This document shows, piece by piece, positions 8,269 to 17,801 of a stretch of DNA of 64,000 nucleotides. The stretch's first letter is position 1. The number at the start of each line of letters is the position of its first letter. The notes below the pieces were generated by a model. That model made no database searches, was not told the origin of the DNA, and worked only from the letters and a program-made list of their open reading frames with translations. The position numbers and the translations under genes were made by a program. This stretch comes from Syntrophobacterales bacterium. GTDB taxonomy: Bacteria > Desulfobacterota > Desulfobaccia > Desulfobaccales > 0-14-0-80-60-11. Where the stretch lies: assembly GCA_023229795.1 (NCBI GenBank), contig JALNYP010000001.1, forward strand, positions 5,321-69,320, given 5' to 3'.

Positions 8269-10282
8269 GCAAAACTCCCGAATCAGTATACGGCAGGATA
8301 ATCCGGATTTTGGTGCCTCGTCCCGGCTGGCTTTCGACCTTCAGGCGGCCATCGTAGCGCTCGAGGATTTTTTGGCAAATGGGCAGCCCCAATCCCAACC
8401 CCTGGGTCGCATCTTTGGTGGAATAAAAGGGCTGAAAAATATGCTCCATCTCCTCGGGCGACAGGCCGGGTCCGGTATCCTGAAAAGAAATCTCCAATTG
8501 CTTATCACTGACGGAGGCGGCCACATCCAGGCGGCCTCCCTGGGGCATGGCCTGGAGGGCGTTCTTGATGATATTGATGAAGACGTAATAGAGATCGGCT
8601 TCGGAAACGATCTTTTCAAACTCCGGGGGCGTGCTGGCACTGATCTGGACCCGCTGGTCGCTGGCCTGAAACATCATGATCTTGATGGCGTCCTGGAGGA
8701 GGTTCTGCATGGTGTCGCTGGCCCGGGGCGGCGCCTTAAAGGGATTGGCCGAGAACATCAGGGACTTGATGCTCAAAGACATTTTATTGAGGCCTTTCTG
8801 GGCCTCGCCCAGATAGCGGGTGACACTCTCGGGGTCGTCTTTCTTCAGGAGGGCCAGGGACAGGTAACGCCGGATGCCGTCCAGGGGGTTGTTCAACTCA
8901 TGGGCCACACAGAGGGTGAGCTTTCCCATGATGGCCAGGTGTTCGTAAAGCTCGAGGCGCTGCTTGAGCTGTTCGGCTTCGGTGACATCTTCGACCAGGA
9001 CCAGACCCCGGGGGGCATTGCGCTCATCCGGCACCAAGAACATCTTGATCCCCAGGTACCGGGCGGCATTATCCTTGCCGGTGGATTTAAGGGAAAAGAA
9101 TTCCCCGGGTTCCTGGGTGGCCAGAGCCTGCTTTAAGGCCTGGGTTAAATTCTCCCGGTCCGTAGAGCTGAAACCCAGGCAGGCAAAGATGTCCCGTCCC
9201 ACCAAGTCGCCTTTGGGCAATCCCACCAGGCGCTCCAAGGCCGGGTTGGCCTGGATTACCAGGGCAGCCTGGTCCAGGATGGCCATGCCCACCGGGATCT
9301 CTTTGGTGATCCAGGTGGTCAAAGACGGGATCAACGCCTCCTCGGGGGCTTCCCGGGCTTCGAGGATCTCGATCAGGAGCCGGCCCATCAGCCATCCCAG
9401 GAAAAGATCCCGGGGGGCAAAGGGCTTTCTATCGAGGCGGTCTGCCAGGTTGATCACGCCCCAAAACTTATAGCCCGTGAGGGGAATGACCATAAAGCTG
9501 TTGGTCTGGTACGAGGAGCGCCGGGGCATGAGGGCTAATTGGGAATCCCGGCTGAGATCGGGGACCAGGAGCGGCCGCCGGTGGGTGGCGACGTAGCCCA
9601 TGACCCCTTCGGCGGTGATCATGGCCCCGGTCTTGGCTTCGGAGTCGGGGCCCAGGGCCGCCAGGCCGGAGAATTGGCCCCGCACCGCGTCATAGAGGAA
9701 GATGGAACTGTTGGTCACCTGCAACAATTCCCGGGCCGCCTCCAGGAAAGAGCGCCCCACCTCCTTGAGGTCTTTTTGGGCCCAGGCCCGCTCCCGCAAG
9801 TCGGCCAGGATGACGGCCTCGGGGGTGGTGGAGACCAGGTCCAGGGCCTGCCACCCTAGCGATTCGGCGCCTTGAAAGACGGTCTCAAGATCCCGTTGGG
9901 AACGGCACAGGCGCTGGTATTCCAGAGCCCGCTCAATGGCGTGGCGCAAGATTTCGGGCTGCAGGGGCTTGGAAAGGTAATCGAAGGCCCCGAGCTTCAC
10001 GGCATCCACGGCATCCTGATAGCTGGCAAACCCGGTGAATACGATGACCAGGGTCTCGGGATGATGGAGGCGCAGGTATTGGACTAACTCCATGCCCCCC
10101 ATCTGAGGCATGATCATATCGGTGATGACCAGGTCATAGGGATGGGCCTGGATAGCCGCCAGGGCCTCCTTGCCGTTGGAGGCGGTGTTGACCAGGTAAC
10201 CGGCGGGACGCAGAATATCTTTGACCAGATCGAGAATGGTCGGCTCATCGTCCACTATCAAGATCAGCGGCTGCTTTTTCAT
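8258..10282 (-). CDS. Hybrid sensor histidine kinase (REC-GAF-PAS-HisKA-HATPase)
   Basis: N-terminal receiver (ILIVDDEPTILD...DMIMPQMGG), H-box LCVAHELNNPL, and C-terminal DTGPGL and GLGLGLPIC ATPase boxes. It overlaps the downstream regulator gene by 11 nt. Confidence 0.85.
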   Translation of the reverse strand: MKKQPLILIVDDEPTILDLVKDILRPAGYLVNTASNGKEALAAIQAHPYDLVITDMIMPQMGGMELVQYLRLHHPETLVIVFTGFASYQDAVDAVKLGAFDYLSKPLQPEILRHAIERALEYQRLCRSQRDLETVFQGAESLGWQALDLVSTTPEAVILADLRERAWAQKDLKEVGRSFLEAARELLQVTNSSIFLYDAVRGQFSGLAALGPDSEAKTGAMITAEGVMGYVATHRRPLLVPDLSRDSQLALMPRRSSYQTNSFMVIPLTGYKFWGVINLADRLDRKPFAPRDLFLGWLMGRLLIEILEAREAPEEALIPSLTTWITKEIPVGMAILDQAALVIQANPALERLVGLPKGDLVGRDIFACLGFSSTDRENLTQALKQALATQEPGEFFSLKSTGKDNAARYLGIKMFLVPDERNAPRGLVLVEDVTEAEQLKQRLELYEHLAIMGKLTLCVAHELNNPLDGIRRYLSLALLKKDDPESVTRYLGEAQKGLNKMSLSIKSLMFSANPFKAPPRASDTMQNLLQDAIKIMMFQASDQRVQISASTPPEFEKIVSEADLYYVFINIIKNALQAMPQGGRLDVAASVSDKQLEISFQDTGPGLSPEEMEHIFQPFYSTKDATQGLGLGLPICQKILERYDGRLKVESQPGRGTKIRIILPYTDSGVLHGD

Positions 10283-10493
10283 GTCTAGCCTTTGGCCGGC
10301 CACAATGCACAGGACGACCTGGCATCAGACCTCATGGTCTTGTTCGGGTGTTTCCCCGGATAACTTAATTACTATATCGTTTTCCCGACGGGTTTCTTTA
10401 ATAATCTATAATTGTAAGATAACTTTCCCCGGAGCCGCAAGCTGTCGCTGTCGCCGGGCTTTCAGGCTAACGTCTGCGGTGACAGAGAAAAAT

Positions 10494-11579
10494 TCACGGC
10501 TTTGGCCCACCTTTTCCCGTCACCCGGGCGCCATATTGTTGCTGCAGAAAGTCGCGGTACACCTGGGAGCGCACCCGGTCCAGCCAATCCTGGTGAGACA
10601 GATACCAGGCAATAGTCCGCTTCAGCCCTGCCGCCAGAGTCACCCGGGGGCGCCACCCGAGCTGGGCCTGGATTTTATCGATGTTCAGGGCATACCGCCA
10701 GTCGTGGCCGGGCCGGTCCGGCACCAGGGTAATCAGCCGGGTCAGATCGCCCAGCCCCGGCCGCAGCTCCTGAAGCGAGTCGAGCAGCAGGCGCACGACG
10801 TCCAGGTTGGCCATCTCGCTTAAGCCGCCGATATTATAGGTTTCCCCCACCCTGCCCTGCTCCAAGACCTGGGCCAGGGCCTGGCAATGATCCTCCACAA
10901 AAAGCCAGTCCCGCACGTTGGTGCCCTGGCCGTAGATGGGAATGGGCTTGCCCTCCAGGGCCTGGCAGAGGCAGAAAGGGATCAGCTTTTCCGGGAACTG
11001 GTAAGGCCCGTAATTGTTGGTGCAATTGGTGACAAGCACCGGCAAGCCATAAGTATGGAAATAGGCGCGGGCCAGGAAGTCGGCGCCGGCCTTGGACGCG
11101 GCATAGGGGCTGCGAGGGGCGTAGGGCGCGGTCTCGGTGACCGGCGGATCGCCGGGCCCGAGGGAACCGTACACCTCATCGGTGCTGACGTGCAGGAAGC
11201 GGCAAGAGGAAGCCGCGGCGGGGTCTTTCCAGGCCTGGCGGGCCGCTTCCAACAGGGTGTGAGTCCCGATGACGTTGGTGCGCACAAAGACCCCCGGGTC
11301 CAGGATGGAGCGGTCCACGTGGGATTCGGCGGCAAAGTGCACCACCCGGGTGATGGGATACCGGGTAAAGAGGTCTTCAACCAGGGCCCGGTCGGCGATG
11401 TCACCCCGGACAAAGGTATAGCGGGCGTCGTCTTGAAAACCGCTCAGGCTTTCGAGGTTGCCGGCGTACGTCAGCAGGTCCAAATTCAGGAGATGCCAGT
11501 CCGGGTGCTCCTGTCTGAGGAAGTAAAGGAAATTGGCGCCGATAAAGCCGGCGCCGCCGGTTACCAGGACACAGGTCAT
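10494..11579 (-). CDS. rfbB: dTDP-glucose 4,6-dehydratase
   Basis: MTCVLVTGGAGFIGANF..., YAASKAGADFL (YxxxK), STDEVYG. An internal start was used; the upstream ORF extension is antisense-type Arg/Pro-rich sequence. There is an ATGA overlap with rfbD. Confidence 0.9.
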   Translation of the reverse strand: MTCVLVTGGAGFIGANFLYFLRQEHPDWHLLNLDLLTYAGNLESLSGFQDDARYTFVRGDIADRALVEDLFTRYPITRVVHFAAESHVDRSILDPGVFVRTNVIGTHTLLEAARQAWKDPAAASSCRFLHVSTDEVYGSLGPGDPPVTETAPYAPRSPYAASKAGADFLARAYFHTYGLPVLVTNCTNNYGPYQFPEKLIPFCLCQALEGKPIPIYGQGTNVRDWLFVEDHCQALAQVLEQGRVGETYNIGGLSEMANLDVVRLLLDSLQELRPGLGDLTRLITLVPDRPGHDWRYALNIDKIQAQLGWRPRVTLAAGLKRTIAWYLSHQDWLDRVRSQVYRDFLQQQYGARVTGKGGPKP

Positions 11580-12436
11580 AAGCGGTCCCCGTAGGCCTTC
11601 CAGAAGTCTTGGAAGGCGGCCTGCCAGGCCGGCATGAGGTCCAGTCCGGCCACCTGGAGGAGCCGGTTGGCCAACACCGAGTTGGCCGGACGCGGGGCCG
11701 GAAGTGGATATTCCGCCGTAGTACAAGGAGTCACCCGCAATTGGATGGCGGCCGTCTTTAGGATCAGGCAGGCGAAACCATACCAGGTCGTCTCGCCCTG
11801 GCAGGTGGCATGATAGGTGCCGAAGGCCTCGGTGCCGGCCAACGCCAGGAGCTGGCGGGCCAGGGCCGGCGCGCTGGTGGGCGTGCCCCGCTGATCGCAC
11901 ACCACCTTGAGCTCTCCGGACGGCCCGAGGCTGCGGGCCCGGGCCAAAATGGCGGTGACGAAGTTGGGACCGGGAAGGCCGTAGAGCCAGGCGGTGCGCA
12001 CGATGAAGTGGTCCGGGCATTGCTGCCGCACCCATTCTTCGCCCAGGAGTTTGCTGCGGCCATAGACCGACAGGGGGCCGGTGGCGTCCCATTCCTCATA
12101 GGGGCCGGGCTTGGCGCCATCGAAGACATAGTCGCTGGAGAGATGGATTAACTTCAGGCCCAACCGCCGGCAGGCCACCGCCAGATTCCGGGGCCCGAGG
12201 CTATTGACCTTGAGCGCCAGATCGGGGTTCGACTCCAGGTCGTCCACCAGGGTGGCGGCCGCGGCGTTGATCACCACGTCCGGGCGGCGTTGGGACAAGT
12301 GTCGCCATACCGCCTGGGGGTCGGTGACGTCCAAGTCGTGCAAGTCGGTGGCCACCACCTCCCAGCCCCGACGGCCTAATTCTTCAAGCAAGGCCCTACC
12401 CAACTGGCCCGATGCGCCGGTAATCAGTATCTTCAT
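11576..12436 (-). CDS. rfbD: dTDP-4-dehydrorhamnose reductase
   Basis: MKILITGASGQLG..., SSDYVFDG, YGRSKLLGE (YxxxK). Typical RmlD length. Confidence 0.85.
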   Translation of the reverse strand: MKILITGASGQLGRALLEELGRRGWEVVATDLHDLDVTDPQAVWRHLSQRRPDVVINAAAATLVDDLESNPDLALKVNSLGPRNLAVACRRLGLKLIHLSSDYVFDGAKPGPYEEWDATGPLSVYGRSKLLGEEWVRQQCPDHFIVRTAWLYGLPGPNFVTAILARARSLGPSGELKVVCDQRGTPTSAPALARQLLALAGTEAFGTYHATCQGETTWYGFACLILKTAAIQLRVTPCTTAEYPLPAPRPANSVLANRLLQVAGLDLMPAWQAAFQDFWKAYGDRL

Positions 12437-12605
12437 AATCTTTAATCGGTCAGCTTTCCCGCCTTCATCCATGACCCCTTTCCAAAGTGGAATACGGAGA
12501 ATTAAAATACCCTCCGCCTAACAAATCCATTCTAAATCTAATTCATCGGATATATTCACTATCCACTCCCGAATGGCGAAGCTTGGCTAAAGCTAAAACA
12601 AACAG

Positions 12606-13016
12606 TTACCAAGCTACCTTATACGGAACCGTGTCTGAAGCATCATAAGTCTCAGGTGAATATTCCAGAACTTGAGAATATTTGTTGGACCTATAGGCAT
12701 GAGCTACTTTCGGGCCTATAGTTAGCCTGTCTCCAGCCTGTACCAGCACCGTCTCCTTGATGCCGCTCTCAAGGTCCTCCAAAAGTAACTCCATTTCTCC
12801 TGACAATATATAGACGTGTTCTGTCTTTCTTTTGTGGTAGTGGTGCCCTCTTTCTTGTCCAGCTTTATCTAAATCCCAATATACCAAGTGCTTGTATGCC
12901 TCATTGGCGCGGTTTAAGATTTGAACCATTTCTCCTTTGTTTGAGAAAATTCTGCGCTCTGAATCGCCATTTCCATCTGTGGGAAGCTTTTCAATGTCAA
13001 CCTTGACTATTAACAT
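12606..13016 (-). CDS. Cupin-fold protein, FdtA/WxcM-like (possible dTDP-4-keto-6-deoxyhexose isomerase/epimerase)
   Basis: ERGHHYHKRKTEHVYILSGEMELLLEDLESG resembles the RGxHxHK...Q..x.L.G....L.D.G core of sugar 3,4-ketoisomerase cupins. A strong GGAGG RBS overlaps the stop of the upstream gene. AT-rich relative to the flanks. Confidence 0.6.
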   Translation of the reverse strand: MLIVKVDIEKLPTDGNGDSERRIFSNKGEMVQILNRANEAYKHLVYWDLDKAGQERGHHYHKRKTEHVYILSGEMELLLEDLESGIKETVLVQAGDRLTIGPKVAHAYRSNKYSQVLEYSPETYDASDTVPYKVAW

Positions 13017-13026
13017 AGCTTTCCTC

Positions 13027-14613
13027 CTATTCGAAAAATGAATTTTCGACTGCTTTAGACGACCCACAGCTATGAACCAAGCTGAGAACTGCTGCCGCTA
13101 GTGCCAATGGAACATAGTCCTTAATACCAGCTTTTATCTCCTCCGCTCTTTTATTCAGAGAATGCCTTTCTTTTGCTAATTTCTCCCTGCCAACTTCTCT
13201 CAAGAACCTAACAAAATCAGATGGCGTAAAGGGGATAGCTATGAACTTCTCCGATTCAAAAGAATCCTCAATACAACCTAATATATGTCGATAGCTTCGC
13301 TTGATCCTAACTTCACCAACTAGTCCGACTTCAAAAAAATGTGTCTCTCTTACTAAGGCTAAAAATACAATATCAGCCTCACTTACTTCTAATCCGGTTT
13401 CTTGTTTAATTTCACGAATGGCTGCGGCGAAAAATGGATTTGGAATAGTAGATGATGTATCCGGCTGCATATTAACCATCCCAGCCGAACCTGCTTGCCA
13501 ACTCTGCCAACAGTGCATAACCTTGCTTTGATTACGTTTTTGGATGACTAGACGTTCTGTCCCATCAGGTTCTTGTGTAATAATATTGATTGTAACAGTC
13601 AGAGGATTTGCTAAAAGAGAATCACTAAAGTTCGTAACAGATTTTTTTTCTACTTCTATGAGACCACTTCTTTTAATATTTTCTGTGAGAGATGATTCAA
13701 GTGCATGGTTAGTAGCTAAAAAAGTATAATAATCAGTAGATTGAAGCCTTAATTCTAATCCGCGGAAACCTTCTGTATCGTCACGCATAGGTTTAAAGTC
13801 TGTCAAACGTGCAAGCCGGCCATTATATAAGACTTGCGCTTTGTCCTTAGCAATCTTGATCTTCTCTTCCAGGACCTTATTGCATAACTGGCGAAGTTCC
13901 GAAGGTAAGCTTTTTAAAGTGTAGGAGGGGCGAGGCTTCCATCTATGGGTTATCATTCCTAATTTCCCATTATGATATTCATATAAGCCATCTCCCTCCA
14001 GTATAACAATAGGGATTTTTAATCTATCAAAAAAGTATGGAGTTATTGCTATTAATTCTTTGTTAATTGGAGTGGTTTTGATAGGGGAAACAATAGCTAT
14101 CGGGGCTATAGAAAATGCGCCTGCTAAATGACAACAATGAATAACCCCTTGCCATGTTGTCTCTATCCAAATGGGGATTGATAAATCAGAAGTGTGTACC
14201 TGGACTTCAAATTCGATCGTTAGCGCTATTTCCTCTTTATTGTTCTTCGTATTTGGGAGTCCACCTTCGAAATTATAGGTAAGGTATTTATCTCGTTTTC
14301 CTTCCGATTCGCGAATAGTTTTTTTAGCACTTTTAAGACTTGCCTTCCTGCCTCCACTTAATCCAAACAAGGATACACCAAAAGAACTTTCAACTTGCTT
14401 TTCTGAGGCAAGATTAGACCAACCTGAAAGCTGAGGGTTTTTAATAGTGAATTTGTTTGGGTCAAAGACAATAGATATCTTGAAGCGCCTTCCATAGTGG
14501 GTCAATCGCCTAAAACCCCGAGGAGAAGCAAAGGCAATAGAGATTGTTAATACAATATTGCCTTTAGAATCCTGAGATGCTTTTGTGAAGAATTGAATAT
14601 TGTTTGAATTCAT
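13027..14613 (-). CDS. Orphan 528-aa protein: unknown N-terminal domain plus C-terminal Nudix-like fold with a degenerate Nudix box
   Basis: Long uninterrupted ORF in AT-rich DNA. The C-terminal half contains ...FFAAAIREIKQETGLEV..., which matches REUxEExGU with E->Q. The upstream Glu of the box is missing. I recognise no family for residues 1-230. Confidence 0.7.
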   Translation of the reverse strand: MNSNNIQFFTKASQDSKGNIVLTISIAFASPRGFRRLTHYGRRFKISIVFDPNKFTIKNPQLSGWSNLASEKQVESSFGVSLFGLSGGRKASLKSAKKTIRESEGKRDKYLTYNFEGGLPNTKNNKEEIALTIEFEVQVHTSDLSIPIWIETTWQGVIHCCHLAGAFSIAPIAIVSPIKTTPINKELIAITPYFFDRLKIPIVILEGDGLYEYHNGKLGMITHRWKPRPSYTLKSLPSELRQLCNKVLEEKIKIAKDKAQVLYNGRLARLTDFKPMRDDTEGFRGLELRLQSTDYYTFLATNHALESSLTENIKRSGLIEVEKKSVTNFSDSLLANPLTVTINIITQEPDGTERLVIQKRNQSKVMHCWQSWQAGSAGMVNMQPDTSSTIPNPFFAAAIREIKQETGLEVSEADIVFLALVRETHFFEVGLVGEVRIKRSYRHILGCIEDSFESEKFIAIPFTPSDFVRFLREVGREKLAKERHSLNKRAEEIKAGIKDYVPLALAAAVLSLVHSCGSSKAVENSFFE

Positions 14614-14858
14614 AATTATAGGTTGAGTGACATAGGTTCCTATGAAAAGATATTTTCCGCCTTATAACGTTATATTTTATTATTACATAGAATAGCTCAT
14701 AGAACTGTCATACTTTGGGGGGGTATCTCAGAGAGGGGATTTGAATTTCCGTTAATATAGCAAACCCCCATAATATTTTAGCCGCTTCCCTGCCTATGCC
14801 CCCCCTCAAGGGAATGAATAAAGGCGAGCACATTTTATTAGTACTCGCGAGAAACGAT

Positions 14859-15356
14859 CTAAGTAAGCCGGAAGGGAGAATCGGGGTCGTTCTCAAACCG
14901 GATTTCGTCCACGGGTTCCCGGCGACCGGGGCCCCGGTAGAGGCGATTGGCGAAATTACAGACCAGGCCGGGGTAACCGCTTTCATTCTTATAGCCGTGC
15001 ACCACCCCGGGAGGCACGATGATGATCCCGGGGCAGGCCTCGCCCAAGAGGAATTCCTGCCGGACCCCGTGGGTGGGACTGCCGGGCCGATTATCCCACA
15101 GGACCACGCGGAAGGTCCCCGGTCCGGGAAAGCAGAAGAGATCGGTCTGATCGCGATGGGCATGGGGTCCCCGGCCCAACCCCGGTTCGGTTACCGAGAT
15201 ATATGCCATGGCCGGGAAATGCTCAGGGGCCAGCTCATCCTGCCGGAAAATTTCGGCCAGCCAGCCGCGCTGATCGGCGAACTTGGCCAGGGCTCGGCAC
15301 AAGACCCCGGCGATTTTGACCTCCGGATTCGTTTCTGGGTTATTCACCAAATGCAC
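14859..15356 (-). CDS. dTDP-4-dehydrorhamnose 3,5-epimerase family protein (short RmlC-like cupin)
   Basis: FADQRGWLAEIFRQ..., RGPHAHRDQTDLF..., VVLWDNRPGSPTHG..., PPGVVHGY are RmlC-family blocks. Confidence 0.75.
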   Translation of the reverse strand: MHLVNNPETNPEVKIAGVLCRALAKFADQRGWLAEIFRQDELAPEHFPAMAYISVTEPGLGRGPHAHRDQTDLFCFPGPGTFRVVLWDNRPGSPTHGVRQEFLLGEACPGIIIVPPGVVHGYKNESGYPGLVCNFANRLYRGPGRREPVDEIRFENDPDSPFRLT

Positions 15357-15596
15357 CTATAAAGGGCGGCGCGCCGCCTGGTGAAAGTCAGGCGCTTAGG
15401 CCGCGGCTGATTCTTAAAACCCATTTTACCATAAGCTTGATTCCCGATGAAAGCAAGTGGGAAAAGTTCCAGGCTGCGGGCGGGAAAAGGCAGGCTTTTG
15501 CCAATCTCAGAGGCCCGCCGAAAGGCAGAGAACGGGGCCGGGGAAAAAGCCGGCTGCTCGTTAACTGCCCCCCGGCCCGAATCCGGACTGGGGCAG

Positions 15597-16253
15597 TTAT
15601 TGGCCGGTGATGAAGCCGTATACCGTCCTGACCAGGGAATCAAAATAAGGGGTGATGATGCCATGGTGGGTGACGCGCTCCAACAACACCAGGGCAATAA
15701 TGAGATACGGTCCGACCTGGTCAAAGAGCGACCTGGTTCTGACCTCATCCTCCGGGAGCAACTCGCGGACCAGGGCGCCCATGGCCAGAGGCGGTATGGG
15801 CAGGAGATTGTAGACGGCCGTGGTGATATTCACCCCCACCACCAACAAAAAGACCCGGGGGTCCCATTCCCAGCTTTTCATGACGCCGGCCAGGCTGCCG
15901 GCGATTCCCGCCAGGAGGAGATTGGCAATAGGCCCGGCAAACCGGGCGATCACCATGTAGAGGCGGGGATGGGCAAATTTACTGCGATCGAGATCCATGG
16001 TCCGGGGCCACCCGAAACCAGCCACCAGGTAGCAGATGGAGCCCAAGATACCCACATGCAGGAAGGCATTAAAATTGAACCGGTCTTTGGGTGCGATCCG
16101 GCTGTCTCCCAAAAAGGTGCCCGCAAAGGCCTGGGCCTCGGCGTTAACCATACACGCCAGGAGCACCGAGACGACAAACGCCACCGCGGAATCAATGGCC
16201 AGATTCTGGGGACCTAAAACGAACGGCACCGGCCAGGCAGTACTGGGATCCAT
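15597..16253 (-). CDS. Site-2 protease (M50) family membrane protein lacking the catalytic residues (pseudoprotease)
   Basis: Collinear with the COG1994-type S2P pattern (GFGWP...D, AGPIANLLLA, NLLPIPPL). The HExxH position reads NAEAQ and the LDG Asp reads LAMG. Confidence 0.7.
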   Translation of the reverse strand: MDPSTAWPVPFVLGPQNLAIDSAVAFVVSVLLACMVNAEAQAFAGTFLGDSRIAPKDRFNFNAFLHVGILGSICYLVAGFGWPRTMDLDRSKFAHPRLYMVIARFAGPIANLLLAGIAGSLAGVMKSWEWDPRVFLLVVGVNITTAVYNLLPIPPLAMGALVRELLPEDEVRTRSLFDQVGPYLIIALVLLERVTHHGIITPYFDSLVRTVYGFITGQ

Positions 16254-16367
16254 AGTTTAGGTTTCATCCTTATTGAACATGAAGAAGGCAGGGATTGCCT
16301 CCCTGCCTTCTCAGATTAACAGATTTTGGGGAAAAGCTAAACCGTTACGAGTTTGCTTGGCCCCTGT

Positions 16368-17660
16368 TTATCTTTCGTGCTCCAGCAACGGCCGCTTGGT
16401 GACACGGGAAATGACGACCGCGACGATCAGCACGATGGCTGAAAGGATGAAGGCCCAGGTCAGAGAGCCGGTCCAGTCTTTAATGGAACCGCCCAACCGA
16501 GTCATGAAGAAGCCGAGGCCCCACCCCAGGAACACGATACCGTAGTTCATGCCCAGGTTCTTGGGACCGAAGAAGTCCGCAGTGTAAGCGGGCATCAGGG
16601 CCAGGCCGCCGCCGTACTGCCAGTAGGCGATGCCCACGGCCACGAACAGCAGGAAGATATTGCCGCTGGCGATGATGGTCGGCAGCAGGAACAGGCAGAG
16701 GGCCGATACCAGACAGTTCAGGGTATAGGCGTTGTCCCGGCCGATCTTATCGGAGTACATACCGGTGCCTACCCGGCCGAGGGCGTTGATCAAACCGCCG
16801 TAGGAGGCCAGGATCCAGGCGTTGGCCGCGAAGAAGGCGATGCCTTTGGCCGCGGTAGCCAGGATGCCGGCCGCATTACCGATGATCAGCAGGCCGGACT
16901 GGGTGGTGCCGATGAACATCAGGATCAAGGCATAGCACTGCCAGGTCTTGATGATGTCGCTGGGCGCCCAGTCCACCAGGGTGCCCGCGGCCTTGGCCGG
17001 AGCCGCACCTGCCTTCACCGGAGCCGCCGGAGCCACATAGCCCGCAGGCGCCTTGGCCAACTGGCTGCCGGCGATGATGACCACGATAGCAAAGAAGATA
17101 CCCAGGAAAATCCAGCTGTAGGTGACCCCGCCGGCTTTAATCAGATAGGCGGCCAGAGGCGAAATATACAAGGCTGCGCCACCGTAACCACCGACCACCA
17201 AGCCCGCGACCAGACCGCGTTTGTGGGGTCCGAACCAGCTCAAAGCCGCCGGCGTAGGTGCAGCGTAACCGATGCCCATGCCGATGCCGCCCAGGACGCC
17301 AAAACCAAAGATCAGACCGCCGTAGGATTTCATCAATCCGGCGATGATGCAGCCGACTGCCAGGAAGAGGCCGCCGGTAATGGCGCCCACTTTGGGACCG
17401 TACTTATCCTGGATCCGGCCGCCGGGGATCATTAAGAGGGCAAAGATAATGACGCACAACGAAAAGGGCGTGGCCGCTTCCGCATTGGTCAGGTAGGTCC
17501 AGCCGGCCGCGGGACCTTCGGTGATGAGCTGGCCCGCTTTGGGCACGCTAATCAGGGAGCCGGTCCAAACGCTCCAGGCGTACAGGATTCCCAAACAGAG
17601 GTTGACAGCGGTGCCGCAAAATACGACTACCCACGCTTTTCCTGGAACTGTGTCTGCCAT
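16368..17660 (-). CDS. MFS transporter, oxalate/formate antiporter (OFA)-like
   Basis: 430 aa and about 12 TM helices. N-terminal VVVFCGTAVNLCLGILYAWSVW and GRIQDKYGPK motifs are typical of the OFA family. Confidence 0.8.
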   Translation of the reverse strand: MADTVPGKAWVVVFCGTAVNLCLGILYAWSVWTGSLISVPKAGQLITEGPAAGWTYLTNAEAATPFSLCVIIFALLMIPGGRIQDKYGPKVGAITGGLFLAVGCIIAGLMKSYGGLIFGFGVLGGIGMGIGYAAPTPAALSWFGPHKRGLVAGLVVGGYGGAALYISPLAAYLIKAGGVTYSWIFLGIFFAIVVIIAGSQLAKAPAGYVAPAAPVKAGAAPAKAAGTLVDWAPSDIIKTWQCYALILMFIGTTQSGLLIIGNAAGILATAAKGIAFFAANAWILASYGGLINALGRVGTGMYSDKIGRDNAYTLNCLVSALCLFLLPTIIASGNIFLLFVAVGIAYWQYGGGLALMPAYTADFFGPKNLGMNYGIVFLGWGLGFFMTRLGGSIKDWTGSLTWAFILSAIVLIVAVVISRVTKRPLLEHER

Positions 17661-17785
17661 GAGTTCCCTCCTTAAGATAAAAAATGAAATAAAGCTTGCG
17701 GGTTATGTGGTAAATAATTGCCGACTCTCCCGGCTCCTCAAGCCACACCTCCTCTCCGGGATAAATTTGATATCGTGATGAATAA

Positions 17786-17801
17786 TGCAAGGGACCTGCC
17801 A
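17786..17801 (-). promoter_or_regulatory. Sigma-54 (-24/-12) promoter upstream of the OFA transporter
   Basis: The minus strand reads TGGCAGGTCCCTTGCA. GG and GC have the exact consensus spacing of TGGCACG-N4-TTGCA. It lies about 125 nt upstream of the ATG at 17660. An inverted repeat GTCAAT-N16-ATTGAC lies further upstream at 17832-17859. Confidence 0.65.

Noticed and set aside
10494-12092. N-terminal 170-aa extension of the rfbB ORF (532 aa in the ORF track)
   Set aside because: The extension overlaps rfbD in another frame and is Arg/Pro-rich. A canonical MTCVLVTGGAGFIG start with ATGA coupling to rfbD sits at 11579.
12226-12236. GGTTCGACTCC, a tRNA T-arm-like motif
   Set aside because: It lies inside the rfbD coding region with no acceptor or anticodon stems around it.
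14614-14621. TATAAT hexamer directly abutting the ATG of the 528-aa orphan, as a leaderless-mRNA promoter
   Set aside because: The hexamer ends 1 nt from the ATG, so transcription would initiate inside the ORF. It is probably just AT-rich sequence.
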